From the NCBI RefSeq assembly GCF_044704955.1, contig NC_091987.1, forward strand, positions 154,194,001 to 154,258,000: a stretch of DNA of 64,000 nucleotides. The letters are read 5' to 3'. Below the pieces are notes generated by a model. It ran no database searches and was not told the DNA's origin. It was given only the letters and a program-made list of their open reading frames with translations. Below, one piece after another: positions 1 through 15,000 of this stretch; position 1 is the first letter of the stretch, and each line of letters starts with the position of its first letter. The translations under genes were made by a program, and so were the position numbers. Source of the DNA: Pristiophorus japonicus. Its lineage: Eukaryota.

Positions 1-3000
1 GTGCGGCGTTCCCTCAGTACTGCCCCTCCGACAGTGCGGCGTTCCCTCAGTAATGCCCCTCCGACACTGCGGTGCTCCCTCAGTACTGCCCTTCCGACAG
101 TGCAGCACTCCTTCAGTACTGCCCCTCCGACAGTGCAGTGCTCCCTCAGTACTGCCCCTCCGACAGTGCAGCGCCCCTTCACTACTACCCCTCCAACACT
201 GCAACGCTCCCTCAGTACTGCCCCTCCGACAGTGCGGCGCTCCCTCAGTACTGCTCCTCCGACAGTGCAGCACTCCCTCAGTACTGCCCCTCCGACAGTG
301 CAGTGCTCCCTCAGTACTGCCCCTCTGACAGTGCAGCGCTCCCTCAGTACTGTCCCTCTGACAGTAGACCATTCCCTCAGTACTGCCCCTCCGACAGTGC
401 TGCGCTCCCTCAGTACTGCCCCTCAGACAGTGCACCGCTCCCTCAGTACTGCCCCTCAGACAGTGCGGCACTCCCGCAGTACATGCCCCTCAGACAGTGC
501 GGCACTCCCTCAGTACTGCCCCTCAGACACTGCAGCGCTCCCTCAGTACTGCCCCTCAGACAGTGCAGCGCTCCCTCAGTACTGCTCCTCAGACAGTGCG
601 CCACTCCCTCAGTACTGCCCCTCAGAGAGTGAACCATTCCCTCAGTACTGCCCCTCCGACAGTGCAGTTCTCCCTCAGTACTGCCCCTCCGACAGTGCGG
701 TGCTCCCTCAGTACTGCCCTTCAGACAGTGCAGCGCTCCCTCAGTACTGCCCCTCCGACAGAGCAGCACTCCCTCAGTACTGCCCCTCCGACAATGCGGC
801 GCTCACCCAGTACTGCCCCTCCAACACTGCAGCACTTCCTCAGTACTGCCCCTCCGTCAGTGCGGCGCTCCCTCAGTACTGCCCCTCCAACAGTGCAGCA
901 GTCCCTCAGTACTGCCCCTCCGACAGTGCAGCACTCTCTCAGTACTGCCCCTCAGACAGTGAACCATTCCCTCAGTACTGCCCCTCCGACAGTGCAGCGC
1001 TCCCTCAGTACTGCTCCTCAGACAGTGCGCCACTCCCTCAGTACTGCCCCTCCGTCAGTGCGGCGCTCCCTCAGTACTGCCCCTCCAACAGTGCAGCAGT
1101 CCCTCAGTACTGCCCCTCCGACAGTGCGGCGTTCCCTCAGTACTGCCCCTCCGACAGTGCAGTGCTCCCTCAGTACTGCCCCTCAGACAGTGCAGCACTC
1201 TCTCAGTACTGCCCCTCAGACAGTGAACCATTCACTCAGTACTGCCCCTCAGACAATGCAGCGCTCCCTCAGTACTGCTCCTCAGACAGTGCGCCACTCC
1301 CTCAGTACTGCCCCTCCGACAGTGCGGCGTTCCCTCAGTACTGCCCCTCCGACAGTGCAGTGCTCCCTCAGTACTGCCCCTCCGACAGTGCAGCACTCTC
1401 TCAGTATGCCCCTCAGACAGTGAACCATTCCCTCAGTACTGCCCCTCCGACAGTGCAGTTCTCCCTCAGTACTGCCCCTCCGACAGTGCGGTGCTCCCTC
1501 AGTACTGCCCTTCAGACAGTGCAGCGCTCCCTCAGTACTGCCCCTCCGACAGAGCAGCACTCCCTCAGTACTGCCCCTCCGACAGTGCGGCGCTCCCTCA
1601 GTGCTGCCACTCCGACAGTGCGGCGCTCACCCAGTACTGCCCCTCCAACACTGCAGCGCTTCCTCAGGACTGCCCCTACGTCAGTGCGGCGCTCCCTCAG
1701 TACTGCCCCTCCAACAGTGCAGCAGTCCCTCAGTACTGCCCCTCCGACAGTGCGGGGCTCCCTCAGTCCTGCCCCTCCGACAGTGCAACGCTCCCTCAGT
1801 ACTGCCCCTCCGACAGTACGATGCTCCCTCAGTACTGCCCCTCCGACACTGCAGTGCTCCCTCAGTACTGCCCCTCCAACAGTGCGGCGCTCCCTCAGTA
1901 CTGCCCCTCCTACAGTGCAGCGCTCCCTCAGTACTGCCCCTCCAACAGTGCAGCACTCCCTCAGTACTGCCCCTCTGACAGTGCTGCGCTTCCTCAGTAC
2001 TGCCCCTCCGACAGTGCGGCGTTCCCTCAGTACTGCCCCTCCGACAGTGCAGCGCTCCCTCAGCATTGCCCCTCAGACAGTGAATCATTCCCTCAGTACT
2101 GCCCCTCCGACAGTGCGGTGCTCCCTCAGTATTGCCCCTCCGACAGTGCAGCGCTCCCTCAGTACTGCCCCTCCGACAGTGCCGCACTCCCTCATTCCTG
2201 CCCCTCTGACAGTGCGGTGCTCCCTCAGTACTGCCCCTCCGACAGTGAAGTGCTCCCTCAGTACTGCCCCTCTGACAGTGCGGTGCTCCCTCAGTCCTGC
2301 CCCTCCGACAGTGCAACGCTCACTCAGTACTGCCCCTCCGACAGTGCAGCAGTCCCTCAGTACTGCCCCTCCGACAGTACGATGCTCCCTCAGTACTGCC
2401 CCTCCGACACTGCAGTGCTCCCTCAGTACTGCCCCCCCGACAGTGCAGTGCTCCCTCAGTACTGCCCCTCCGACAGTGCAGCACTCCCTCAGTACTGCCC
2501 CTCCGGCAGTGCAGTGCTCCCTCAGTACTGCCCCTCCGACAGTGCAGTGCTCCCTCAGTACTGCCCGTCTGACAGTGCTGCGCTCCCTCACTACTGTCCC
2601 TCTGACTGTAGGCCATTCCCTCAGTACTGCCCCTCCAACAGTGCGGCGCACCCTCAGTACTGCCCCTCAGACAGTGCGGCACTCCCTCAGTACTGCTCCT
2701 CAGACAGTGCGCCACTCCCTCAGTACTGCTCCTCCGACAGTGAACCATTCCCTCAGTACTGCCCCTCAGACAGTGAACCATTCCCTCAGTACTGCCCCTC
2801 CGACAGTGCAGTGCTCCCTCAGTACTGCCCCTCCGACAGTGCAGCACTCCCTCAGTACTGCCCCTCAGACAGTGAACCATTCCCTCAGTACTGCCCCTCC
2901 GACAGTGCAGTGCTCCCTCAGTACTGTCCTTCCGACAGTGCAGCACTCTCTCAGTACTGCACCTCAGACAGTGAACCATTCCCTCAGTACTGCCCCTCCG

Positions 3001-6000
3001 ACAGTGCAGTTCTCCCTCAGTACTGCCCCTCCGACAGTGCAGTGCGGTGCTCCCTCAGTACTGCCCTTCAGATAGTGCTGCGCTCCCTCAGTACTGCCCC
3101 TACGACAGTGCGGCGCTCCCTCAGTACTGCCCCTCAGACAGTGCGGCACTCCCTCAGTACTGTCCCTCAGACAGTGCGGCGCTCCCTCAGTACTGCCCCT
3201 CCGACAATGCGGCGCTCACCCAGTACTGCCCCTCCGACAGTGCAGTGCTCCGTCAGTATTGCCCCTCCGACAGTGCAGTGCCCCCTCAGTACTGCCCCTC
3301 CGACAGTGCAGCACTCCCTCAGTACTGCCCCTCTGGCAGTGCAGTGCTCCCTCAGTACTGCCCTTCCGACAGTGCAGTGCTCCCTCAGTACTGCCCCTCT
3401 GACAATGCTGCGCTCCCTCACTACTGTCCCTCTGACAGTAGGCCATTCCCTCAGTACTGCCCCTCCAACAGTGCGGCGCACCCTCAGTACTGCCCCTCAG
3501 ACAGTGTGGCACTCCCTCAGTACTGCTCCTCAGACAGTGCGCCACTCCCTCAGTACTGCCCCTCCGACAGTGCGGCGTTCCCTCAGTAATGCCCCTCCGA
3601 CAGTGCGGCACTCCCTCAATACTGCCCCTCCGACAGTGCGGTGCTCCCTCAGTACTGCCCCTCCGACAGTGCAGCACTCCCTCAGTACTGCCCCTCCGAC
3701 AGTGCAGTGCTCCCTCAGTACTGCCCCTCTGACAGTGCAGCGCTCCCTCAGTACTGTCCCTCTGACAGTAGACTATTCCCTCAGTATTGCCCCTCCGACA
3801 GTGCTGCGCTCCCTCAGTACTGCCCCTCAGACAGTGAACCATTCCCTCAGTACTGCCCCTCCAACAGTGCAGTGCTCCCTCAGTACTGCCCTTCCGACAG
3901 TGCAGCACTCTCTCAGTACTGCCCCTCAGACAGTGAACCATTCCCTCAGTACTGCCCCTCCGACAGTGCGGTTCTCCCTCAGTACTGCCCCTCCGACAGT
4001 GCGGTGCTCCCTCAGTACTGCCCTTCAGACAGTGCGGCGCTCCCTCAGTACTGCCCCTCCGACAGTGCGGCGCTCCCTCAGTACTGCCCCTCAGACAGTG
4101 CGGCACTCCCTCAGTACTGCCCCTCAGACAGTGCGGCGCTCCCTCAGTACTGCCCCTCCGACAATGCGGCACTCACCCAGTACTGCCCCTCCGAGAGTGC
4201 AGTGCTCCCTCAGTACTGCCCCTCCGACAGTGCAGTGCTCCCTCAGCTCTGCCCCTCCGACAGTGCAGCGCTCCCTCAGTACTGCCCCTCTGGCAGTGCA
4301 GTGCTCCATCAGTACTGCCCCTCCGACAGTGCGGCACTCCCTCAGTACTGCCCCTCCGACAGTGCGGCGTTCCCTCAGTAATGCCCCTCCGACAGTGCGG
4401 CACTCCCTCAGTACTGCCTCTCCGACACTGCGGTGCTCCCTCAGTACTGCCCCTCCGACAGTGGAGCACTCCCTCAGTACTGCCCCTCCGACAGTGCGGT
4501 GCTCCCTCAGTACTGCCCCTCCGACAGTGCAGTGCTCCCTCAGTACTGCCCTTCCGACAGTGCAGTGCTCCCTCAGTACTGCCCCTCTGACAGTGCTGCG
4601 CTCCCTCACTACTGTCCCTCTGACAGTAGACCATTCCCTCAGTACTGCCCCTCCAACAGTGCGGCGCACCCTCAGTACTGCCCCTCAGACAGTGTGGCAC
4701 TCCCTCAGTACTGCTCCTCAGACAGTGCGCCACTCCCTCAGTACTGCCCCTCCGACAGTGCGGCGTTCCCTCAGTAATGCCCCTCCGACAGTGCGGCACT
4801 CCCTCAATACTGCCCCTCCGACAGTGCGGTGCTCCCTCAGTACTGCCCCTCCGACAGTGCAGCACTCCCTCAGTACTGCCCCTCCGACAGTGCAGTGCTC
4901 CCTCAGTACTGCCCCTCTGACAGTGCAGCGCTCCCTCAGTACTGTCCCTCTGACAGTAGACCATTCCCTCAGTATTGCCCCTCCGACAGTTCTGCACTCC
5001 CTCAGTACTGCCCCTCAGACAGTGCGCCGCTCCCTCAGTACTGCCCCTCAGACAGTGCGGCACTCCCGCAGTACATGCCCCTCAGACAGTGCGGCACTCC
5101 CTCAGTACTGCCCCTCAGACACTGCAGCGCTCCCTCAGTACTGCCCCTCAGACAGTGCAGCGCTCCCTCAGTACTGCTCCTCAGACAGTGCGCCACTCCC
5201 TCAGTACTGCCCCTCCGACAGTGCGGCGTTCCCTCAGTACTGCCCCTCCGACAGTGCAGTGCTCCCTCAGTACTGCCCCTCCGACAGTGCAGCACTCCCT
5301 CAGTACTTCCCCTCAGACAGTGAACCATTCCCTCAGTACTGCCCCTCCGACAGTGCAGTGCTCCCTCAGTACTGCCCTTCCGACAGTGCAGCACTCTCTC
5401 AGTACTGCCCCTCAGACAGTGAACCTTTCCCTCAGTACTGCCCCTCCGACAGTGCAGTTCTCCCTCAGTACTGCCCCTCCGACAGTGCGGTGCTCCCTCA
5501 GTACTGCCCTTCAGACAGTGCAGCGCTCCCTCAGTACTGCCCCTCCGACAGAGCAGCACTCCCTCAGTACTGCCCCTCCGACAGTGCGGCGCTCCCTCAG
5601 TGCTGCCACTCTGACAATGCGGCGCTCACCCAGTACTGCCCCTCCGACAGTGCAGCACTCCCTCAGTACTACCCCTCCGACAGTGCGGCGCTCCCTCAGT
5701 ACTGCCCCTCCAACAGTGCAGCAGTCCCTCAGTACTGCCCCTCCGACAGTGCAGTGCTTCCTCAGTACTGCCCCTCCAACAGTGCGGCGCTCCCTCAGTC
5801 CTGCCCCTCCAACAGTGCAGCACTCCCTCAGTACTGCCCTTCTGACAGTGCTGCGCTTCCTCAGTACTGCCCCTCCGACAGTGCGGCGTTCCCTCAGTAC
5901 TGCCCCTCCGACAGTGAACCATTCCCTCAGTACTGCCCCTCCGACAATGCGACGCTCACCTAGTACTGCCCCTCCGACAATGCGGCGCTCACCCAGTACT

Positions 6001-9000
6001 GCCCCTCCAACACTGCAGCGCTTCCTCAGTACTGCCCCTCCGACAGTGCGGTGCTCCCTCAGTATTGCCCCTCCGACAGTGCCGCACTCCCTCATTCCTG
6101 CCCCTCCGACAGTGCGGTGCTCCCTCAGGACTGCCCCTCCGACAGTGCAGCAGTCTCTCAGTACTGCCCTTCCGACAGTGCGGGGCTCCCTCAGTCCTGC
6201 CTCTCCGATAGTGCAACGCTCCCTCAGTACTGCCCCTCCGACAGTGCAGCAGTCCCTCAGTACTGCCCCTCCGACAGTACGATGCTCCCTCAGTACTGCC
6301 CCTCCGACACTGCAGTGCTCCCTCAGTACTGCCCCTCCGACAGTGCAGCACTCCCTCAGTACTGCCCCTCCGGCAGTGCAGTGCTCCCTCAGTACTGCCC
6401 CTCCGACAGTGCAGTGCTCCCTCAGTACTGCCCCTCAGACAGTGTGGCACTCCCTCAGTACTGCTCCTCAGACAGTGCGCCACTCCCTCAGTACTGCCCC
6501 TCCGACAGTGCGGCACTCCCTCAATACTGCCCCTCCGACAGTGCGGTGCTCCCTCAGTACTGCCCCTCCGACAGTGCAGCACTCCCTCAGTACTGCCCCT
6601 CCGACAGTGCAGTGCTCCCTCAGTTCTGCCCCTCAGACAGTGCGGCACTCCCTCAGTACTGCCCCTCAGACAGTGCGGCGCTCCCTCAGTACTGCCCCTC
6701 ACACAGTGCGGCACACCCTCAGTACTGCTCCTCCGACAGTGCGGCACTCCCTCAGTACTGCCCCTCCGACACTGCGGTGCTCCCTCAGTACTGCCCTTCC
6801 GACAGTGCAGCACTCCTTCAGTACTGCCCCTCCGACAGTGTAGTGATCCCTCAGTACTGCCCCTCCGACAGTGCAGTGCCCCTTTACTACTACCCCTCCA
6901 ACACTGCAACGCTCCCTCAGTACTGCCCCTCCGACAGTGCGGCGCACCCTCAGTACTGCTCCTCCGACAGTGAACCATTCCCTCAGTACTGCCCCTCAGA
7001 CAGTGAACCATTCCCTCAGTACTGCCCCTCCGACAGTGCAGTGCTCCCTCAGTACTGCCCGTCCGACAGTGCAGCACTCTCTCAGTACTGCCCCTCAGAC
7101 AGTGAACCATTCCCTCAGTACTGCCCCTCCGACAGTGCAGTTCTCCCTCAGTACTGCCCCTCCGACAGTGCGGTGCTCCCTCAGTACTGCCCTTCAGACA
7201 GTGCGGCGCTCCCTCAGTACTGCCCCTCCGACAGTGCGGCGCTCCCTCAGTACTGCCCCTCAGACAGTGCGGCACTCCCTCAGTACTGCCCCTCAGACAG
7301 TGCGGCGCTCCCTCAGTACTGCCCCTCCGCCAATGCGGCGCTCACCCAGTACTGCCCCTCCGAGAGTGCAGTGCTCCCTCAGTACTGCCCCTCCGACAGT
7401 GCAGTGCTCCCTCAGCTCTGCCCCTCCGACAGTGCAGCGCTCCCTCAGTACTGCCCCTCTGACAGTGCAGTGCTGCATCAGTACTGCCCCTCCGACAGTG
7501 CAGTGCTCCCTCAGTACTGCCCCTCTGACAGTGCTGCGCTCCCTCACGACTGTCCCTCTGACAGTAGGCCATTCCCTCAGTACTGCCCCTCCAACAGTGC
7601 GGCGCACCCTCAGTACTGCCCCTCAGACAGTGTGGCACTCCCTCAGTACTGCTCCTCAGACAGTGCGGCACTCCCTCAATACTGCCCCTCCGACAGTGCG
7701 GTGCTCCCTCAGTACTGCCCCTCCGACAGTGGAGCACTCCCTCAGTACTGCCCCTCCGACAGTGCGGTGCTCCCTCAGTACTGCCCCTCCGACAGTGCGG
7801 CGCTCCCTCAGTACTGCCCCTCAGACAGTGCGGCACTCCCTCAGTACTGCCCCTCCGACAGTGCGGCGTTCCCTCAGTAATGCCCCTCCGACAGTGCGGC
7901 ACTCCCTCAGTACTGCCTCTCCGACACTGCGGCACTCCCTCAATACTGCCCCTCCGACAGTGCGGTGCTCCCTCAGTACTGCCCCTCCGACAGTGCAGCA
8001 CTCCCTCAGTACTGCCCCTCCGACAGTGCAGTGCTCCCTCAGTACTGCCCCTCTGACAGTGCAGCGCTCCCTCAGTACTGTCCCTCTGACAGTAGACCAT
8101 TCCCTCAGTATTGCCCCTCCGACAGTTCTGCACTCCCTCAGTACTGCCCCTCAGACAGTGCGCCGCTCCCTCAGTACTGCCCCTCAGACAGTGCGGCACT
8201 CCCGCAGTACATGCCCCTCAGACAGTGCGGCACTCCCTCAGTACTGCCCCTCAGACACTGCAGCGCTCCCTCAGTACTGCCCCTCAGACAGTGCAGCGCT
8301 TCCTCAGTACTGCTCCTCAGACAGTGCGCCACTCCCTCAGTACTGCCCCTCCGACAGTGCGGCGTTCCCTCAGTACTGCCCCTCCGACAGTGCAGTGCTC
8401 CCTCAGTACTGCCCCTCCGACAGTGCAGCACTCCCTCAGTACTTCCCCTCAGACAGTGAACCATTCCCTCAGTACTGCCCCTCCGACAGTGCAGTGCTCC
8501 CTCAGTACTGCCCTTCCGACAGTGCAGCACTCTCTCAGTACTGCCCCTCAGACAGTGAACCTTTCCCTCAGTACTGCCCCTCCGACAGTGCAGTTCTCCC
8601 TCAGTACTGCCCCTCCGACAGTGCGGTGCTCCCTCAGTACTGCCCTTCAGACAGTGCAGCGCTCCCTCAGTACTGCCCCTCCGACAGAGCAGCGCTCCCT
8701 CAGTACTACCCCTCCGACAGAGCAGCGCTCCCTCAGTACTGCCCCTCCGACAGTGAACCTTTCCCTCAGTACTACCCCTCCGACAGTGCAGCACTCTCTC
8801 AGTACTGCCCCTCAGACAGTGAACCTTTCCCTCAGTACTGCCCCTCCGACAGTGCGGTGCTCCCTCAGTATTGCCCCTCCGACAGTGCAGCGCTCCCTCA
8901 GTACTGCCCCTCCGACAGTGCCGCACTCCCTCATTCCTGCCCCTCTGACAGTGCGGTGCTCCCTCAGTACTGCCCCTCCGACAGTGAAGTGCTCCCTCAG

Positions 9001-12000
9001 TACTGCCCCTCTGACAGTGCGGTGCTCCCTCAGTCCTGCCCCTCCGACAGTGCAACGCTCACTCAGTACTGCCCCTCCGACAGTGCAGCAGTCCCTCAGT
9101 ACTGCCCCTCCGACAGTACGATGCTCCCTCAGTACTGCCCCTCCGACACTGCAGTGCTCCCTCAGTACTGCCCCCCCGACAGTGCAGTGCTCCCTCAGTA
9201 CTGCCCCTCCGACAGTGCAGCACTCCCTCAGTACTGCCCCTCCGGCAGTGCAGTGCTCCCTCAGTACTGCCCCTCCGACAGTGCAGTGCTCCCTCAGTAC
9301 TGCCCGTCTGACAGTGCTGCGCTCCCTCACTACTGTCCCTCTGACTGTAGGCCATTCCCTCAGTACTGCCCCTCCAACAGTGCGGCGCACCCTCAGTACT
9401 GCCCCTCAGACAGTGCGGCACTCCCTCAGTACTGCTCCTCAGACAGTGCGCCACTCCCTCAGTACTGCTCCTCCGACAGTGAACCATTCCCTCAGTACTG
9501 CCCCTCAGACAGTGAACCATTCCCTCAGTACTGCCCCTCCGACAGTGCAGTGCTCCCTCAGTACTGCCCCTCCGACAGTGCAGCACTCCCTCAGTACTGC
9601 CCCTCAGACAGTGAACCATTCCCTCAGTACTGCCCCTCCGACAGTGCAGTGCTCCCTCAGTACTGTCCTTCCGACAGTGCAGCACTCTCTCAGTACTGCA
9701 CCTCAGACAGTGAACCATTCCCTCAGTACTGCCCCTCCGACAGTGCAGTTCTCCCTCAGTACTGCCCCTCCGACAGTGCAGTGCGGTGCTCCCTCAGTAC
9801 TGCCCTTCAGATAGTGCTGCGCTCCCTCAGTACTGCCCCTACGACAGTGCGGCGCTCCCTCAGTACTGCCCCTCAGACAGTGCGGCACTCCCTCAGTACT
9901 GTCCCTCAGACAGTGCGGCGCTCCCTCAGTACTGCCCCTCCGACAATGCGGCGCTCACCCAGTACTGCCCCTCCGACAGTGCAGTGCTCCGTCAGTATTG
10001 CCCCTCCGACAGTGCAGTGCCCCCTCAGTACTGCCCCTCCGACAGTGCAGCACTCCCTCAGTACTGCCCCTCTGGCAGTGCAGTGCTCCCTCAGTACTGC
10101 CCTTCCGACAGTGCAGTGCTCCCTCAGTACTGCCCCTCTGACAATGCTGCGCTCCCTCACTACTGTCCCTCTGACAGTAGGCCATTCCCTCAGTACTGCC
10201 CCTCCAACAGTGCGGCGCACCCTCAGTACTGCCCCTCAGACAGTGTGGCACTCCCTCAGTACTGCTCCTCAGACAGTGCGCCACTCCCTCAGTACTGCCC
10301 CTCCGACAGTGCGGCGTTCCCTCAGTAATGCCCCTCCGACAGTGCGGCACTCCCTCAATACTGCCCCTCCGACAGTGCGGTGCTCCCTCAGTACTGCCCC
10401 TCCGACAGTGCAGCACTCCCTCAGTACTGCCCCTCCGACAGTGCAGTGCTCCCTCAGTACTGCCCCTCTGACAGTGCAGCGCTCCCTCAGTACTGTCCCT
10501 CTGACAGTAGACTATTCCCTCAGTATTGCCCCTCCGACAGTGCTGCGCTCCCTCAGTACTGCCCCTCAGACAGTGAACCATTCCCTCAGTACTGCCCCTC
10601 CAACAGTGCAGTGCTCCCTCAGTACTGCCCTTCCGACAGTGCAGCACTCTCTCAGTACTGCCCCTCAGACAGTGAACCATTCCCTCAGTACTGCCCCTCC
10701 GACAGTGCGGTTCTCCCTCAGTACTGCCCCTCCGACAGTGCGGTGCTCCCTCAGTACTGCCCTTCAGACAGTGCGGCGCTCCCTCAGTACTGCCCCTCCG
10801 ACAGTGCGGCGCTCCCTCAGTACTGCCCCTCAGACAGTGCGGCACTCCCTCAGTACTGCCCCTCAGACAGTGCGGCGCTCCCTCAGTACTGCCCCTCCGA
10901 CAATGCGGCACTCACCCAGTACTGCCCCTCCGAGAGTGCAGTGCTCCCTCAGTACTGCCCCTCCGACAGTGCAGTGCTCCCTCAGCTCTGCCCCTCCGAC
11001 AGTGCAGCGCTCCCTCAGTACTGCCCCTCTGGCAGTGCAGTGCTCCATCAGTACTGCCCCTCCGACAGTGCAGTGCTCCCTCAGTACTGCCCCTCTGACA
11101 GTGCTGCGCTCCCTCACGACTGTCCCTCTGACAGTAGGCCATTTTCTCAGTACTGCCCCTCCAACAGTGCGGCGCACCCTCAGTACTGCCCCTCAGACAG
11201 TGTGGCACTCCCTCAGGACTGCTCCTCAGACAGTGCGGCACTCCCTCAATACTGCCCCTCCGACAGTGCGGTGCTCCCTCAGTACTGCCCCTCCGACAGT
11301 GGAGCACTCCCTCAGTACTGCCCCTCCGACAGTGCGGTGCTCCCTCAGTACTGCCCCTCCGACAGTGCGGCGCTCCCTCAGTACTGCCCCTCAGACAGTG
11401 CGGCACTCCCTCAGTACTGCCCCTCCGACAGTGCGGCGTTCCCTCAGTAATGCCCCTCCGACAGTGCGGCACTCCCTCAGTACTGCCTCTCCGACACTGC
11501 GGTGCTCCCTCAGTACTGCCCTTCCGACAGTGCAGCACTCCTTCAGTACTTCCCCTCTGGCAGTGCAGTGCTCCCTCAGTACTGCCCTTCCGACAGTGCA
11601 GTGCTCCCTCAGTACTGCCCCTCTGACAGTGCTGCGCTCCCTCACTACTGTCCCTCTGACAGTAGACCATTCCCTCAGTACTGCCCCTCCAACAGTGCGG
11701 CGCACCCTCAGTACTGCCCCTCAGACAGTGTGGCACTCCCTCAGTACTGCTCCTCAGACAGTGCGCCACTCCCTCAGTACTGGCCCTCCGACAGTGCGGC
11801 GTTCCCTCAGTAATGCCCCTCCGACAGTGCGGCACTCCCTCAATACTGCCCCTCCGACAGTGCGGTGCTCCCTCAGTACTGCCCCTCCGACAGTGCAGCA
11901 CTCCCTCAGTACTGCCCCTCCGACAGTGCAGTGCTCCCTCAGTACTGCCCCTCTGACAGTGCAGCGCTCCCTCAGTACTGTCCCTCTGACAGTAGACCAT

Positions 12001-15000
12001 TCCCTCAGTATTGCCCCTCCGACAGTTCTGCACTCCCTCAGTACTGCCCCTCAGACAGTGCGCCGCTCCCTCAGTACTGCCCCTCAGACAGTGCGGCACT
12101 CCCGCAGTACATGCCCCTCAGACAGTGCGGCACTCCCTCAGTACTGCCCCTCAGACACTGCAGCGCTCCCTCAGTACTGCCCCTCAGACAGTGCAGCGCT
12201 CCCTCAGTACTGCTCCTCAGACAGTGCGCCACTCCCTCAGTACTGCCCCTCCGACAGTGCGGCGTTCCCTCAGTACTGCCCCTCCGACAGTGCAGTGCTC
12301 CCTCAGTACTGCCCCTCCGACAGTGCAGCACTCCCTCAGTACTTCCCCTCAGACAGTGAACCATTCCCTCAGTACTGCCCCTCCGACAGTGCAGTGCTCC
12401 CTCAGTACTGCCCTTCCGACAGTGCAGCACTCTCTCAGTACTGCCCCTCAGACAGTGAACCTTTCCCTCAGTACTGCCCCTCCGACAGTGCAGTTCTCCC
12501 TCAGTACTGCCCCTCCGACAGTGCGGTGCTCCCTCAGTACTGCCCTTCAGACAGTGCAGCGCTCCCTCAGTACTGCCCCTCCGACAGAGCAGCACTCCCT
12601 CAGTACTGCCCCTCCGACAGTGCGGCGCTCCCTCAGTGCTGCCACTCTGACAATGCGGCGCTCACCCAGTACTGCCCCTCCGACAGTGCAGCACTCCCTC
12701 AGTACTACCCCTCCGACAGTGCGGCGCTCCCTCAGTACTGCCCCTCCAACAGTGCAGCAGTCCCTCAGTACTGCCCCTCCGACAGTGCAGTGCTTCCTCA
12801 GTACTGCCCCTCCAACAGTGCGGCGCTCCCTCAGTCCTGCCCCTCCAACAGTGCAGCACTCCCTCAGTACTGCCCTTCTGACAGTGCTGCGCTTCCTCAG
12901 TACTGCCCCTCCGACAGTGCGGCGTTCCCTCAGTACTGCCCCTCCGACAGTGAACCATTCCCTCAGTACTGCCCCTCCGACAATGCGACGCTCACCTAGT
13001 ACTGCCCCTCCGACAATGCGGCGCTCACCCAGTACTGCCCCTCCAACACTGCAGCGCTTCCTCAGTACTGCCCCTCCGACAGTGCGGTGCTCCCTCAGTA
13101 TTGCCCCTCCGACAGTGCCGCACTCCCTCATTCCTGCCCCTCCGACAGTGCGGTGCTCCCTCAGGACTGCCCCTCCGACAGTGCAGCAGTCTCTCAGTAC
13201 TGCCCTTCCGACAGTGCGGGGCTCCCTCAGTCCTGCCTCTCCGATAGTGCAACGCTCCCTCAGTACTGCCCCTCCGACAGTGCAGCAGTCCCTCAGTACT
13301 GCCCCTCCGACAGTACGATGCTCCCTCAGTACTGCCCCTCCGACACTGCAGTGCTCCCTCAGTACTGCCCCTCCGACAGTGCAGCACTCCCTCAGTACTG
13401 CCCCTCCGGCAGTGCAGTGCTCCCTCAGTACTGCCCCTCCGACAGTGCAGTGCTCCCTCAGTACTGCCCCTCAGACAGTGTGGCACTCCCTCAGTACTGC
13501 TCCTCAGACAGTGCGCCACTCCCTCAGTACTGCCCCTCCGACAGTGCGGCACTCCCTCAATACTGCCCCTCCGACAGTGCGGTGCTCCCTCAGTACTGCC
13601 CCTCCGACAGTGCAGCACTCCCTCAGTACTGCCCCTCCGACAGTGCAGTGCTCCCTCAGTTCTGCCCCTCAGACAGTGCGGCACTCCCTCAGTACTGCCC
13701 CTCAGACAGTGCGGCGCTCCCTCAGTACTGCCCCTCACACAGTGCGGCACACCCTCAGTACTGCTCCTCCGACAGTGCGGCACTCCCTCAGTACTGCCCC
13801 TCCGACACTGCGGTGCTCCCTCAGTACTGCCCTTCCGACAGTGCAGCACTCCTTCAGTACTGCCCCTCCGACAGTGTAGTGATCCCTCAGTACTGCCCCT
13901 CCGACAGTGCAGTGCCCCTTTACTACTACCCCTCCAACACTGCAACGCTCCCTCAGTACTGCCCCTCCGACAGTGCGGCGCACCCTCAGTACTGCTCCTC
14001 CGACAGTGAACCATTCCCTCAGTACTGCCCCTCAGACAGTGAACCATTCCCTCAGTACTGCCCCTCCGACAGTGCAGTGCTCCCTCAGTACTGCCCGTCC
14101 GACAGTGCAGCACTCTCTCAGTACTGCCCCTCAGACAGTGAACCATTCCCTCAGTACTGCCCCTCCGACAGTGCAGTTCTCCCTCAGTACTGCCCCTCCG
14201 ACAGTGCGGTGCTCCCTCAGTACTGCCCTTCAGACAGTGCGGCGCTCCCTCAGTACTGCCCCTCCGACAGTGCGGCGCTCCCTCAGTACTGCCCCTCAGA
14301 CAGTGCGGCACTCCCTCAGTACTGCCCCTCAGACAGTGCGGCGCTCCCTCAGTACTGCCCCTCCGCCAATGCGGCGCTCACCCAGTACTGCCCCTCCGAG
14401 AGTGCAGTGCTCCCTCAGTACTGCCCCTCCGACAGTGCAGTGCTCCCTCAGCTCTGCCCCTCCGACAGTGCAGCGCTGCCTCAGTACTGCCCCTCTGACA
14501 GTGCAGTGCTGCATCAGTACTGCCCCTCCGACAGTGCAGTGCTCCCTCAGTACTGCCCCTCTGACAGTGCTGCGCTCCCTCACGACTGTCCCTCTGACAG
14601 TAGGCCATTCCCTCAGTACTGCCCCTCCAACAGTGCGGCGCACCCTCAGTACTGCCCCTCAGACAGTGTGGCACTCCCTCAGTACTGCTCCTCAGACAGT
14701 GCGGCACTCCCTCAATACTGCCCCTCCGACAGTGCGGTGCTCCCTCAGTACTGCCCCTCCGACAGTGGAGCACTCCCTCAGTACTGCCCCTCCGACAGTG
14801 CGGTGCTCCCTCAGTACTGCCCCTCCGACAGTGCGGCGCTCCCTCAGTACTGCCCCTCAGACAGTGCGGCACTCCCTCAGTACTGCCCCTCCGACAGTGC
14901 GGCGTTCCCTCAGTAATGCCCCTCCGACAGTGCGGCACTCCCTCAGTACTGCCTCTCCGACACTGCGGCACTCCCTCAATACTGCCCCTCCGACAGTGCG